A stretch of 64,000 bases of DNA from an uncultured Bdellovibrionales bacterium (GCA_964594215.1 CAZQLN010000002.1:105855-169854); one strand, 5' to 3'; positions 9,780 to 18,769 are shown, numbered from the stretch's first letter. Notes: generated by a model not told the origin, from the sequence alone. Made by a program: numbers and translations.

Positions 9780-10832
9780 TTACTCGAAGGTCATATTGAG
9801 TCGCTGAGGCTGAATGTGCATGGCACGAACTGCAGCCGTCAGATTGAACGAAAGCTCGACACAGCCCGAGTCATTGACTCGTACCGATGCCTCGGATGGC
9901 CCCTTGAACTTCGCTGTTTCCACCGGAGTCCCGTTGATGACGACCACTCCCGAAAGAGTGTAGTCACCTTCGTTGAGGCGTATCTGCTGGTATGGGATAG
10001 TGACATCCCTTTCTCCGGGACGAATCCCGCAGACCAACTGGGCATCAAAAGAGGTGACATCCACCACTTTGGTGGTCGTGCGACCGCCGATGGTGTCGTA
10101 CAGGACATTTTCAGCCTGGCCGATAACACGATGATCTTCACGCTCCTTTTGGAGAGCGCTCAGTTCTTCGTATTCAGCGAAGCTCAACTTCTCACCTTGC
10201 TCGGCACGTGCTAGCAGTTCTTCTGCTCTGGCGTTTTTGACTTCATCAGCACGAACCATGAGCGCCCGTTCAATCCGGGACGTAGTCAGGTCTTGCGGAT
10301 GAAAATACATCCACGTGTAGTAGGTAACCCCCACACCTGAAACAGCAAGGACAAGCCAGATGGCTTTGAAGTAGAGCTTTGCTGGAGCCTTAGCCAAGTA
10401 GCTGATGATCGCAATCAGGCCAAGAATGACCAGAACTGCGATGACGCCGTCAGTGTGCTCAATGCGTGTGATTCCGATGACGACCAAAGCCGTCCCCAGA
10501 AACAACATCGCGTGAGCCACCTTTTTGGTGTAGGCCTCAAGCGTACTGCCCACTGTGTACCTTCTGGAAATCGTGGCGAAGCCAAGAACGCCCCAAAGCA
10601 CTGGTGGACTGTACGCCGCAAGACCGCCGAAAATGCCGACAAACAGCGCAATGAAGAAACACCAACCCGGATGACCGAGCTTATTGACAGTCACCCCCAA
10701 ATAGAGGATGGCCAAGAAGCCAAACACGCTTCCGAGGAAGAGAGTAGTATAGAATGGCTTCAGCCAATCATAGAACCCCTCAGCTTCTACCAAAGCTCGC
10801 GTTCTCAATCTTTGACGAATACCTGCATACAT
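9780..10832 (-). CDS. Hypothetical membrane protein (about 5 N-terminal TM helices plus soluble C-terminal domain), GC-rich
   Basis: 350-aa ORF with AGGAG Shine-Dalgarno; starts 18 nt after the upstream gene's stop; GC hand-counted about 50-57%. Confidence 0.6.
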   Translation of the reverse strand: MYAGIRQRLRTRALVEAEGFYDWLKPFYTTLFLGSVFGFLAILYLGVTVNKLGHPGWCFFIALFVGIFGGLAAYSPPVLWGVLGFATISRRYTVGSTLEAYTKKVAHAMLFLGTALVVIGITRIEHTDGVIAVLVILGLIAIISYLAKAPAKLYFKAIWLVLAVSGVGVTYYTWMYFHPQDLTTSRIERALMVRADEVKNARAEELLARAEQGEKLSFAEYEELSALQKEREDHRVIGQAENVLYDTIGGRTTTKVVDVTSFDAQLVCGIRPGERDVTIPYQQIRLNEGDYTLSGVVVINGTPVETAKFKGPSEASVRVNDSGCVELSFNLTAAVRAMHIQPQRLNMTFE

Positions 10833-10850
10833 ATCTAATCTCCTGTATCT

Positions 10851-11750
10851 TTAGCCGAAAGTGTTGTATCCGAGTAGGGCGAGAAAGCTCAAAATGAGCG
10901 TCAGTGGTATCCAGAAAGCATAGCTTTTACTGGTTGCCACTTTATGAGCGATGTGCTCATTTCTCATCTCAAGCGTTCTGTCCAGAAGCTCTTCGATCAA
11001 TCGTACCTTTGTCGTTTCTGTTACACGCCTAGTAAGAATATCTCCGAGCGCGTTTGAATCAACAAAGAAACTCGTAACCATGAGCAGCCCCCGCACTCCC
11101 TGCTTGCGCAGGAACTGAGGAGTCTGGGTAATCAACTTTGAAACCCAGTCAAAGAAGGGCTTGTCATCAAGTGCGGTCGCCAGTAGATACTCAGCCGCCA
11201 AAGCTACTGCTTCATCAGAATCAGCAACGATGTCCTTGCCTGAGAAATCTTTTCCGGGCTCACTCACCATATCAGCGATATTCTGCAGATAGATGATCCG
11301 CGGATCACTTGGCGTATTCTTGGCATCCACGGCGCCATGGTGAGCTGCAGGCTTACGCCCCCAGCCGCTACCAGCGGTACCATGTCCAGTCGTCTTGCGG
11401 TGAGGCAGAATGACTGGACCATGTGGATCATGCTTGAGACCTTCCACGACAATCGTCGCTACTATCATCTCCCAACGTTTCCGCTGAGCACCTGATAACA
11501 AAAGTCTCACGCGAGTAATACGTTTGCGATCTTCGAGACTGAGACGGTTGAGAGCATTGTTGAATTCTGCCTCTTCCTTGTACCCTATCCCGAAAAGATT
11601 GGGCACATCCTCTTTCATGACTTTCTGGAAGGCTTCTTGTCCTCCATTGGTCCACGCCCCTTGCAGGGTCTTGATGATGTTATTAACTACGCCTTCGGCC
11701 AAACCGTCAGCTGCACCTCTCATAAAGAGGCCTGAGAGAATACTTGGCAT
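10851..11750 (-). CDS. Hypothetical protein with C-terminal TM tail-anchor, GC-rich
   Basis: 299-aa ORF with AAGGAA Shine-Dalgarno; hydrophobic C-terminus (AFWIPLTLILSFLALLGY); no recognisable family. Confidence 0.55.
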   Translation of the reverse strand: MPSILSGLFMRGAADGLAEGVVNNIIKTLQGAWTNGGQEAFQKVMKEDVPNLFGIGYKEEAEFNNALNRLSLEDRKRITRVRLLLSGAQRKRWEMIVATIVVEGLKHDPHGPVILPHRKTTGHGTAGSGWGRKPAAHHGAVDAKNTPSDPRIIYLQNIADMVSEPGKDFSGKDIVADSDEAVALAAEYLLATALDDKPFFDWVSKLITQTPQFLRKQGVRGLLMVTSFFVDSNALGDILTRRVTETTKVRLIEELLDRTLEMRNEHIAHKVATSKSYAFWIPLTLILSFLALLGYNTFG

Positions 11751-11785
11751 TATTCGTTCCTTTCGATTGTTTCAGTTATTAAAGA

Positions 11786-11844
11786 GCCCGTCGCGACAAA
11801 GCGCGGTCACGGTCTGTCCACGACGGGCAGAAAATCACCGTAAC
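11786..11844 (-). promoter_or_regulatory. Conserved 5' leader RNA element, copy A (candidate riboswitch or attenuator)
   Basis: Transcript GUUACGGUGAUUUUCUGCCCGUCGUGGACAGACCGU... starts 6 nt after the -10 box. The first 36 nt are identical to copy B except one compensatory C/U. A downstream strand GCGACGGGC can pair with GCCCGUCGU. Confidence 0.45.
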
Positions 11845-11849
11845 CTACT

Positions 11850-11878
11850 ATTATACTCCTATTATTTGATTTTGTCAA
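11850..11878 (-). promoter_or_regulatory. Consensus sigma70 promoter TTGACA-17-TATAAT
   Basis: Minus strand reads TTGACAaaatcaaataataggagTATAAT. Confidence 0.6.
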
Positions 11879-11932
11879 TAGTAAAAACATCTGAAGATCC
11901 CTATTTAAAGCAAAAAATCCCTAAATAATTAT

Positions 11933-11970
11933 AAAAAATAGGGGGTGGAACTCAAAAAAGTCCCACCCCC
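11933..11970 (-). terminator. Intrinsic terminator after the NUDIX-like gene
   Basis: ggggtgggac...gttccacccc hairpin followed by TATTTTTT on the minus strand. Confidence 0.5.
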
Positions 11971-11992
11971 CTACCAGGTTCACACGCTCAGT

Positions 11993-12724
11993 CTAGTCGT
12001 GATGTTTATCACGCAGATGAGCCAACAAACGTGCGCAGCCCGCTACTAAAATACCATCAGGCGACTGCGCAATAAGCTCATACCAGGGCATGAAGGTGAT
12101 TTCCGCTTCTTTTTGATGAGATGAAACACCAGCCTTGAAATGTGCTCGGAGATACCGATGTTTGTCCAGCTCAATAGATTCCAGGGGAATCTCCAGTCCG
12201 CTATAACGCACCCCTTCTCCCTTACTGGAATCAGCAAGGAAAAAAAGACGGTCAACACAAACTGGCAAACCCTGAATCACCTTTGGCTTGAAGCTCGCGC
12301 CAAGACCAGCCTCCTCAGAGAGTTCTGCAGCCAAAGCTTCGTCCCTTGAGAGTTTGAGCTCATTCATCCCGCCAATAGCGCAGAAATGTCTGCCGCCCAT
12401 ATTTGGACGTTCTTCGCGGATTGCTCCGATCCAGAGAACTTCGCCCGGATCCCAGAAATACAAGAGACACACTTCACCGCCGCCACTTGGCTGAGCAATG
12501 ATAGGTCCTTGAAAATCTTCCGAACCCTTATTGCGATAACCGAGTGCGAAGACCGTATCGCGGGTCGGATTGTAGAGAATAGCCTGAGATATTTCTGTCC
12601 AATTACCCGACGTACCGACTTTCAGCCGCCATTCACGTTGAGTGTTGGAAATATCATCGGGCTTGCCTAAGAAACCCAAAACCTTTTTCAAGGCTGGTCC
12701 TATTTTGACATCCAAAGACATCAT
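11993..12724 (-). CDS. NUDIX-fold hydrolase-like protein (Nudix box partly degenerate), GC-rich
   Basis: GGMNELKLSRDEALAAELSEEAGL aligns to the Nudix box GX5EX7REUXEEXGU with R to A and E to L substitutions. Start taken at MMSLD with AAGGAG Shine-Dalgarno (ORF track start 12811 would run through the leader element). Confidence 0.5.
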   Translation of the reverse strand: MMSLDVKIGPALKKVLGFLGKPDDISNTQREWRLKVGTSGNWTEISQAILYNPTRDTVFALGYRNKGSEDFQGPIIAQPSGGGEVCLLYFWDPGEVLWIGAIREERPNMGGRHFCAIGGMNELKLSRDEALAAELSEEAGLGASFKPKVIQGLPVCVDRLFFLADSSKGEGVRYSGLEIPLESIELDKHRYLRAHFKAGVSSHQKEAEITFMPWYELIAQSPDGILVAGCARLLAHLRDKHHD

Positions 12725-12753
12725 CTTACTCCTTCTCTCTAAATTGGAAAGGT

Positions 12754-12817
12754 GCCCGTCGTAGAAAAACCTACGAGGATTACGGTCTATCCACGACGGG
12801 CAGAAAATCACCGTAAC
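12754..12817 (-). promoter_or_regulatory. Conserved 5' leader RNA element, copy B
   Basis: GUUACGGUGAUUUUCUGCCCGUCGUGGAUAGACCGU..., followed by a different internal hairpin and then ACGACGGGC; starts 6 nt after the -10 box. Confidence 0.45.
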
Positions 12818-12822
12818 GCTCT

Positions 12823-12851
12823 ATTTTAGCATAAAAAAGCAAAAAAGTCAA
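12823..12851 (-). promoter_or_regulatory. Near-consensus sigma70 promoter TTGACT-17-TAAAAT
   Basis: Minus strand reads TTGACTtttttgcttttttatgcTAAAAT. Confidence 0.55.
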
Positions 12852-12904
12852 TGGCTGGCACTGACTTCTCCTCTTTCAGCAATTTGCTTTATCTAAAGCC
12901 TTAT

Positions 12905-13981
12905 CTATTGGAAAAAGTCTGCTATCTGTCTCACAATGACTAAGGCTGAAAATGCTACAATAATACCAATAATAGCGTACTTCACAATATCCTTACCGGT
13001 ATTAGCCCGCTTCTCATCACCAGCAGAAAGGAAATACATGATGGCTCCAATCAGAAGCATGATGATAGCTAAGACGCCGATAATAGCTAGAAGAAAATTA
13101 AGCACATTGGTAGCTATCTCAGTTAAGGTCAAAGCGCTACTCGCCTGACTTGGTAGATTATTCCAACCCAATACACCTGCCAGTTCCTTGAGGAAGGATG
13201 GCGCTACCATGACAATAGCCAATCCGATAAGGGCGGCTGTGATCGCCGCTTTAGCAGCTCCGACACGCTTATCATTCCCCGCCGAGGTAATGTAAAGAAG
13301 AGCGCCAATGACCAGAAATACTAAGGCTAGTAAAACAACGATATTGCGCATGAAACCGAGAACGCTGTCGAGAAATGTTTCCACCGTGGTGTACTGTGTC
13401 GGTGAATTAAAAGTAATAAGAATAGGTGCTCCAGCTGTAGGAGAAGTTACTCCACCACCGCCAGCAGGCCCACCAGGAGAAGATGGTATACAACACTGTC
13501 CGGAGCTACAGGTACCGTTCTGAGTGCTGCCACTTGGACAAGTTGGATTACAGGTACCTCCTGCATTTGCGCAAGCCGCATCACTAGTTGGAGGTGTCCC
13601 ACTCGGAGCTGGTGGAGTAGTGGCTGGAGACGTGGATACACAACAAACGCTATTATTCCAACTAAAAGCTATTCTTTCATTAGTACCACAACTTGTCGCT
13701 CGTTGCGCCTTCAATTGAGCTACTCTACCATTAGTCCCATTAGGATTAGTACAAACAACCGTATAAGAGAGGCAACAAGACCCATTACCAGCACCAAAAC
13801 AGCCCGAACCCACCTCTTGTTCATCACTATTGCAATTATTAAAAATGCCTGTTCTACAGGTTCCCTGCGCCGCCTTACACTGCTGTGCAGTCATAGGGAT
13901 AATAGCCGAGTAACTAGAGCTCGGAAAAGCAATAACTCCCGTAATAACAAACGCCAAAGTGATGAAAAAATGTTTCTTCAT
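12905..13981 (-). CDS. Secreted Cys-rich protein with two tandem C-terminal TrbC/VirB2-like pilin modules
   Basis: Signal peptide MKKHFFITLAFVITGVIA, Cys/Pro/Thr-rich ectodomain, then two repeats of TM - YITSAGNDKR/FLSAGDEKR - TM matching the adjacent small pilin-like proteins. ORF track 12905..14020; start moved to an internal Met to avoid overlap. Confidence 0.6.
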   Translation of the reverse strand: MKKHFFITLAFVITGVIAFPSSSYSAIIPMTAQQCKAAQGTCRTGIFNNCNSDEQEVGSGCFGAGNGSCCLSYTVVCTNPNGTNGRVAQLKAQRATSCGTNERIAFSWNNSVCCVSTSPATTPPAPSGTPPTSDAACANAGGTCNPTCPSGSTQNGTCSSGQCCIPSSPGGPAGGGGVTSPTAGAPILITFNSPTQYTTVETFLDSVLGFMRNIVVLLALVFLVIGALLYITSAGNDKRVGAAKAAITAALIGLAIVMVAPSFLKELAGVLGWNNLPSQASSALTLTEIATNVLNFLLAIIGVLAIIMLLIGAIMYFLSAGDEKRANTGKDIVKYAIIGIIVAFSALVIVRQIADFFQ

Positions 13982-13982
13982 A

Positions 13983-14489
13983 TTAAAAAGTGTTGCTTTG
14001 GGCAGTAAGAAGTGTTTCAATAGCCTGCAAGATAACTAAACCACTAAGAGCGACAATAACACCAATAATAGCATTGAGCATATTTCTCTTACCCGTCTCT
14101 GCGAGCTTAGCATCCCCTACGGAAGCCAAATACTGCATACCTGAAATCACAAAAGCGATAATAGCGAGCATCCCAACAATAGCTAACAACCAAAACATAA
14201 ACGTCATAAGGATGTTCCCTAATGGCGCGCTAGAAAGGCCAGTATTAGTCGGGAAGCAAACTCCCGCTTCTATGGTTCCATTACATGGAGTTCCTGAAGT
14301 ACTCGTACTTGATCCTCCTCCATTTTGTGTGGAAGTGGCTGCTTGGGCTTGGGCTTCTTGAACAGCCTGGGCTTGTATTTGCGGAGTAATAATATTATTC
14401 AGATTACCCGTTGGAGTCTGTGCCTTTAAAGGCAGTGCCGTGACTATAAAAAAGATTCCTACGAAAAGAAACTGTAAATATTTTTTCAT
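13983..14489 (-). CDS. TrbC/VirB2-like pilin-family membrane protein with short Cys-containing N-terminal region
   Basis: 168 aa; signal peptide, then WLLAIVGMLAIIAFVISGMQYLASVGDAKLAETGKRNMLNAIIGVIVALSGLVILQAIE (two TM helices separated by a short basic loop). Confidence 0.55.
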   Translation of the reverse strand: MKKYLQFLFVGIFFIVTALPLKAQTPTGNLNNIITPQIQAQAVQEAQAQAATSTQNGGGSSTSTSGTPCNGTIEAGVCFPTNTGLSSAPLGNILMTFMFWLLAIVGMLAIIAFVISGMQYLASVGDAKLAETGKRNMLNAIIGVIVALSGLVILQAIETLLTAQSNTF

Positions 14490-14574
14490 ATTACTTTTAG
14501 TTTTTGCTAACCCAATTATACCACAAAAAAACAGCCTCTTCTTGATAAGAGACTGTTTTCATTGAAGACTAAAA

Positions 14575-14946
14575 TTAGAAGTTCGGTTGCCCTGAACCAT
14601 CTAAGAATGTATCAACTGCCTGGATAATTACGAAACCAATAAGGGCTACAATAATACCCGTAATAGCGGCTGTCATAGCGCTCTTGGCGGTACCAACCTT
14701 CTTTTCATCTCCGGCTGCGGTGAGATACAGGATACCAGCGATGACAAAGGCAATGATTCCGATGAAACCAAGAACAGCCAGAAGCCAGTTCATAGCTGTT
14801 TGGATAATACCGATGATAGAACCCTGTGGAAGTTGTGAATTCTGAGCATTGGTTTGTCCGGCTTTCCACTGTGCGTTAGCGAGAGTCGGCATCAAAAGCA
14901 ACACAAAAGCGAGCGCACTGTAGAAATAGTTTTTAACTAATGTCAT
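14575..14946 (-). CDS. TrbC/VirB2-like pilin-family membrane protein
   Basis: 123 aa; signal peptide ...TLANA, then NWLLAVLGFIGIIAFVIAGILYLTAAGDEKKVGTAKSAMTAAITGIIVALIGFVIIQAVD. Confidence 0.55.
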   Translation of the reverse strand: MTLVKNYFYSALAFVLLLMPTLANAQWKAGQTNAQNSQLPQGSIIGIIQTAMNWLLAVLGFIGIIAFVIAGILYLTAAGDEKKVGTAKSAMTAAITGIIVALIGFVIIQAVDTFLDGSGQPNF

Positions 14947-15018
14947 ATTTCTCTCACCTCCTTTCTTTTATTGAGCGTATAGCTCGTTTTTATTTTTTCT
15001 CTTCTGTTTTTTTTCTTT

Positions 15019-15300
15019 TCAGGGTGCAAAGAATGAACTCAACTGACTGACAATAACAAGCGCTCCGAGTGCTACCACTATACCAATAATGGAAAACTGG
15101 AAAGCCTTTTTAGCAAGATCTACTTGCTTCGTATTGCCTAGAGCTGTAAGGTACAAAATCCCCGCAACCACTAGTGCAATTATAGCAAGCACCCCCACGA
15201 TTGACAACAGAAACTGTAAAATATTTTCTAAGATGGTCGTGATGGGAGTGGCATTGGTAATACTTCCCGCATAAACTGTACTAATAAATAGAGCCTTCAT
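15019..15300 (-). CDS. TrbC/VirB2-like pilin-family membrane protein
   Basis: 93 aa; short signal peptide, two TM helices around YLTALGNTKQ, same module as neighbours. Confidence 0.55.
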   Translation of the reverse strand: MKALFISTVYAGSITNATPITTILENILQFLLSIVGVLAIIALVVAGILYLTALGNTKQVDLAKKAFQFSIIGIVVALGALVIVSQLSSFFAP

Positions 15301-15308
15301 TTAATTTA

Positions 15309-15869
15309 TTATTCTTCATTAGAAACTCTGTCATCTACTACATTTGAAAGATCTATCCTGTCAGGACAAAATGAGAGTCCCAGATTCTGACCAGCCAACC
15401 TTCGATTAACTGAACTATTCACTGTTACATCGACGTTGAGCTTACAAGCATCTTCATCAGTTATATTTAATTTATTTATCAGAGCTTGACTTGCTTTTAC
15501 TCTCGTTTCGAGCAAGGGATACTCGTATAGATTAATCAGAAAACGTTGCTCTGTTTTTGAATAGTCTATTGTGTATTCAGGAACAAATGACGGTGCGTCT
15601 GAGTATGGATATTTATCTATTTGGTAAATATTTTCACTTATACTCGGCGCTTGCAATAAAGCCGCATCTATTTTTTCCTGAACTGCTGGTGTTATGGAAA
15701 GCTCTGTTTTTTCCATGGGTAAACCAGTGAAAGTCGCACCCCCTTCAGTAACTCCCGCCTGATCATTTTTTGATACGTCTGCTTCCTTCTCAGTGTTACT
15801 TAAAAAAATTACTGCCAACACCCCTAATGTTAACAATGCGACCGCTGAAATAATAATGACTTTTTTCAT
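15309..15869 (-). CDS. Hypothetical secreted or signal-anchored protein
   Basis: 186 aa, N-terminal hydrophobic segment, no recognisable domain. Confidence 0.45.
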   Translation of the reverse strand: MKKVIIISAVALLTLGVLAVIFLSNTEKEADVSKNDQAGVTEGGATFTGLPMEKTELSITPAVQEKIDAALLQAPSISENIYQIDKYPYSDAPSFVPEYTIDYSKTEQRFLINLYEYPLLETRVKASQALINKLNITDEDACKLNVDVTVNSSVNRRLAGQNLGLSFCPDRIDLSNVVDDRVSNEE

Positions 15870-15875
15870 AGGATT

Positions 15876-16865
15876 TTACTTACAAAAATTGGATGTTGTC
15901 CCTCCTAAATTACAGGTATTAGCACTACAAGCCCAATCTTGCATATCACCCCCCTTGTTACTACTCGATATTTGACAAGCAATTTTTGTATTTACTGCAG
16001 GATCGAAAAGTTTCTGCATGCAAGAGTTAAAAGTGACCTGATTGTTGATTTGACAATTCCAACGAAGACAGATGTTGCGGCTATTCCTTTGAGCACAATT
16101 GCCTTTCGATCCAAGATTTGCACAGCTTGAACTAATTTTTGATCCATGGTCAAAGACATTTATCTGAAAAAGTCCCCCTGAGAAGGCAGACCCATTGGCG
16201 CATCGATCTGTACCACTGACAGCGCTGACATTTCCTCCACCACTTTCCTTATTGCAGAGTTGAGAGAAACGGTCGTTACCGAACGCTGTACAACTGGCCC
16301 CAAGACTAGTAGGGCTACAGGCATTGGTCCCAGTCAAAGCCTTACAAGTCCCCCCACTAGGAGGGGTGCCGCCAGGAGTACCAGCAGTACCAAAATTGGT
16401 TGAACTAGCTGAGCCGGCAGTCGAGTTTGGATCACAGGTAAACGAAAAAGTTCCATTCTGAAAATAACCGCTGAAATAGCCAGAAGATCCGCTAATACGA
16501 ATAATAGTATTCACAATAAGCCACGCACAGAGGATGACGGTTATTCCGATAAGAGCCGCTTTGATACCTCCCTTAGCTGTACTGAGTATTTTCTCATTCC
16601 CCACAGAGACAATATAGAGGATACCCATGGCAAAAATGACTGCGATGCCGATCACTGTCATTACCTTAATAATCCAATCAATAATAATCTTAGCCATATA
16701 GAGCACGTGACACGCGGTACATGGAGCAGTTTCATTGAATTCTGTAACGGGATCATCGGCATTTAAGGCACAGACAACTAGTCCAGCTGCACGTGATACA
16801 GTGGGAACAGTAAAACCTGTAAAAATGGTACTAACAAGAAGTACTGAGAAAAGGATTTGTCTCAT
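15876..16865 (-). CDS. Protein with N-terminal TrbC/VirB2-like pilin module fused to a C-terminal Cys-rich extracellular domain
   Basis: 329 aa; signal peptide, module IIDWIIKVMTVIGIAVIFAMGILYIVSVGNEKILSTAKGGIKAALIGITVIL, then a Cys-rich region with more than 20 Cys. Confidence 0.55.
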   Translation of the reverse strand: MRQILFSVLLVSTIFTGFTVPTVSRAAGLVVCALNADDPVTEFNETAPCTACHVLYMAKIIIDWIIKVMTVIGIAVIFAMGILYIVSVGNEKILSTAKGGIKAALIGITVILCAWLIVNTIIRISGSSGYFSGYFQNGTFSFTCDPNSTAGSASSTNFGTAGTPGGTPPSGGTCKALTGTNACSPTSLGASCTAFGNDRFSQLCNKESGGGNVSAVSGTDRCANGSAFSGGLFQINVFDHGSKISSSCANLGSKGNCAQRNSRNICLRWNCQINNQVTFNSCMQKLFDPAVNTKIACQISSSNKGGDMQDWACSANTCNLGGTTSNFCK

Positions 16866-16913
16866 AGAAACATTTTGTTTTCTTTAGAATAGCATAAAAT
16901 GAACTCCTTCTAA

Positions 16914-16940
16914 ACAAAAACCCGCCTCTCCCGAGGCGGG
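16914..16940 (-). terminator. Intrinsic terminator after typA
   Basis: cccgcctc-tccc-gaggcggg followed by TTTTTGTTT on the minus strand. Confidence 0.55.
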
Positions 16941-16959
16941 AATTGATTTATCTTAGGTC

Positions 16960-18747
16960 TTATTTTTTTCTTCCAGCTTTAGTGCGGTCGGTTTCTCTCA
17001 AAAACTGTTTTCTGAGACGGACTGATTCTGGAGTCACTTCAAGATATTCATCTTCAGCCATAGTCTCCAAACCACGCTCAATAGTAATTTCCCAGGCTGG
17101 AATGATTTTGATAGCTTCATCAGTGCCAGAAGAACGCATGTTGGTAAGTTGTTTTCCTTTAACCGGATTGACTACCATATCACTTCCCTTGGTAACATTA
17201 CCCACTACCATACCTTCATACACTTCAGCTCCCGGCCCCACGTAGAGGACGCCTCGATTTTGGAGGTTATCCAAAGCAAAAGCCAGCACCTTACCGGTGA
17301 TCATAGAGATCATAGAGCCTGTATCACGTTTCTTGATCTCACCAGCATAAGGACGGAAACCAAGTACACGGGTATAGAGAGTCCCTTCGCCACGAGTATC
17401 AATAGTAAACTCTCCACGATAACCAAGGAGACCACGAGTAGGTACTTCGATCAACATACGGGTATAACCGCCACTGCCTTCACGCATATCTGTCATAATA
17501 CCTTTGCGTTTACCCATTTTCTCAATCACGGTACCAGTAGACTCCTGAGGGCACTCGATGGTCACTTCTTCAAACGGTTCTACTTTGACTCCATCCACTT
17601 CTTTGATGATTACCTGGGGCTGAGAAACCTGTACTTCATAACCTTCACGACGCATGTTTTCAAGCAGAATAGCCACATGAAGCTCACCGCGACCAAAAAC
17701 CTTGTAAGAAGCATCTCCAAATTCAATTTTCAGTCCAACGTTAACTTCAAGCTCTTTTTCGAGACGTTCACGAATTTGCTTATTGGTAACAAACTTACCT
17801 TCTCGTCCAGCAAATGGAGAATCATTGACGAAGAAATTAAGAGAAATAGTTGGCTCATCGATAGCAATCGCTGGAAGTAGCTCGGTATCTGGGTCAGCAG
17901 AGATAGTGTCCCCGATTTCAATAGTTGGCAATCCAGCAATCATGACAATGTCACCTGCCGTCACACTCGTTGCCTCGACACGCTCTTGACCATGGAAAGT
18001 GAAAAGCTTAACTACTCTGCCAGTCTCTTTTTTGCCATCAATATTCTGAATATGTACAGGATCATTAACCTTAAGTGTTCCCTGATAGACACGAGCAATA
18101 GCGAGACGGCCAACGAAATTATCGTATCCGAGGTTAAATGGTTGAGCAATAAGAGGTTTGTCTGTTTCTTGACGAGCGGCTGGGACATGACTGATTACGG
18201 TATCAAGCAATGGATCAAGATTTGTACCCTTATCATCTAGAGTCAAACTAGCTACTCCTTCACGAGCAATGGCGTACACTACTGGAAAATCAAGCTGCTC
18301 GTCATTAGCTCCCAAATCCAAGAAAAGCTCATAGACCATCTCAGCCACTTCGTCTGGTCGAGCAGCTGGCTTATCGATTTTGTTTAAGACCACAATTGGA
18401 CGCAAACCAAGTTCAAGAGATTTTTTGAGTACAAAACGAGTCTGTGGCATTGGCCCTTCTTGAGCATCAACTACCAATACCACGCTATCAATAGAACGAA
18501 GAACTCGCTCTACTTCGGAACCAAAATCAGCGTGACCAGGGGTATCGACAATATTGATTTTCGTATCTTTATAATTCAATGAGGCATTTTTGGCATAGAT
18601 AGTAATCCCCCGCTCACGTTCAAGCTGGTTGGAGTCCATAGATCCACCCTCACCTGTAACCATACCCGTTTGACGCATCAAAGCATCAGTAAGGGTTGTC
18701 TTACCATGATCAACATGAGCAATAATCGCAATATTTAGAATTTCCAT
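16960..18747 (-). CDS. typA: Translational GTPase TypA/BipA
   Basis: 595 aa, [14 protein letters not shown]1 motif, EF-G-like domain order but short; typical BipA. Confidence 0.9.
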   Translation of the reverse strand: MEILNIAIIAHVDHGKTTLTDALMRQTGMVTGEGGSMDSNQLERERGITIYAKNASLNYKDTKINIVDTPGHADFGSEVERVLRSIDSVVLVVDAQEGPMPQTRFVLKKSLELGLRPIVVLNKIDKPAARPDEVAEMVYELFLDLGANDEQLDFPVVYAIAREGVASLTLDDKGTNLDPLLDTVISHVPAARQETDKPLIAQPFNLGYDNFVGRLAIARVYQGTLKVNDPVHIQNIDGKKETGRVVKLFTFHGQERVEATSVTAGDIVMIAGLPTIEIGDTISADPDTELLPAIAIDEPTISLNFFVNDSPFAGREGKFVTNKQIRERLEKELEVNVGLKIEFGDASYKVFGRGELHVAILLENMRREGYEVQVSQPQVIIKEVDGVKVEPFEEVTIECPQESTGTVIEKMGKRKGIMTDMREGSGGYTRMLIEVPTRGLLGYRGEFTIDTRGEGTLYTRVLGFRPYAGEIKKRDTGSMISMITGKVLAFALDNLQNRGVLYVGPGAEVYEGMVVGNVTKGSDMVVNPVKGKQLTNMRSSGTDEAIKIIPAWEITIERGLETMAEDEYLEVTPESVRLRKQFLRETDRTKAGRKK

Positions 18748-18769
18748 TTGGTTACGGATTTAGAGAATG

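Noticed and set aside
17149-17880. 243-aa plus-strand ORF
   Set aside because: It lies entirely antisense within typA, and its composition is low-complexity.
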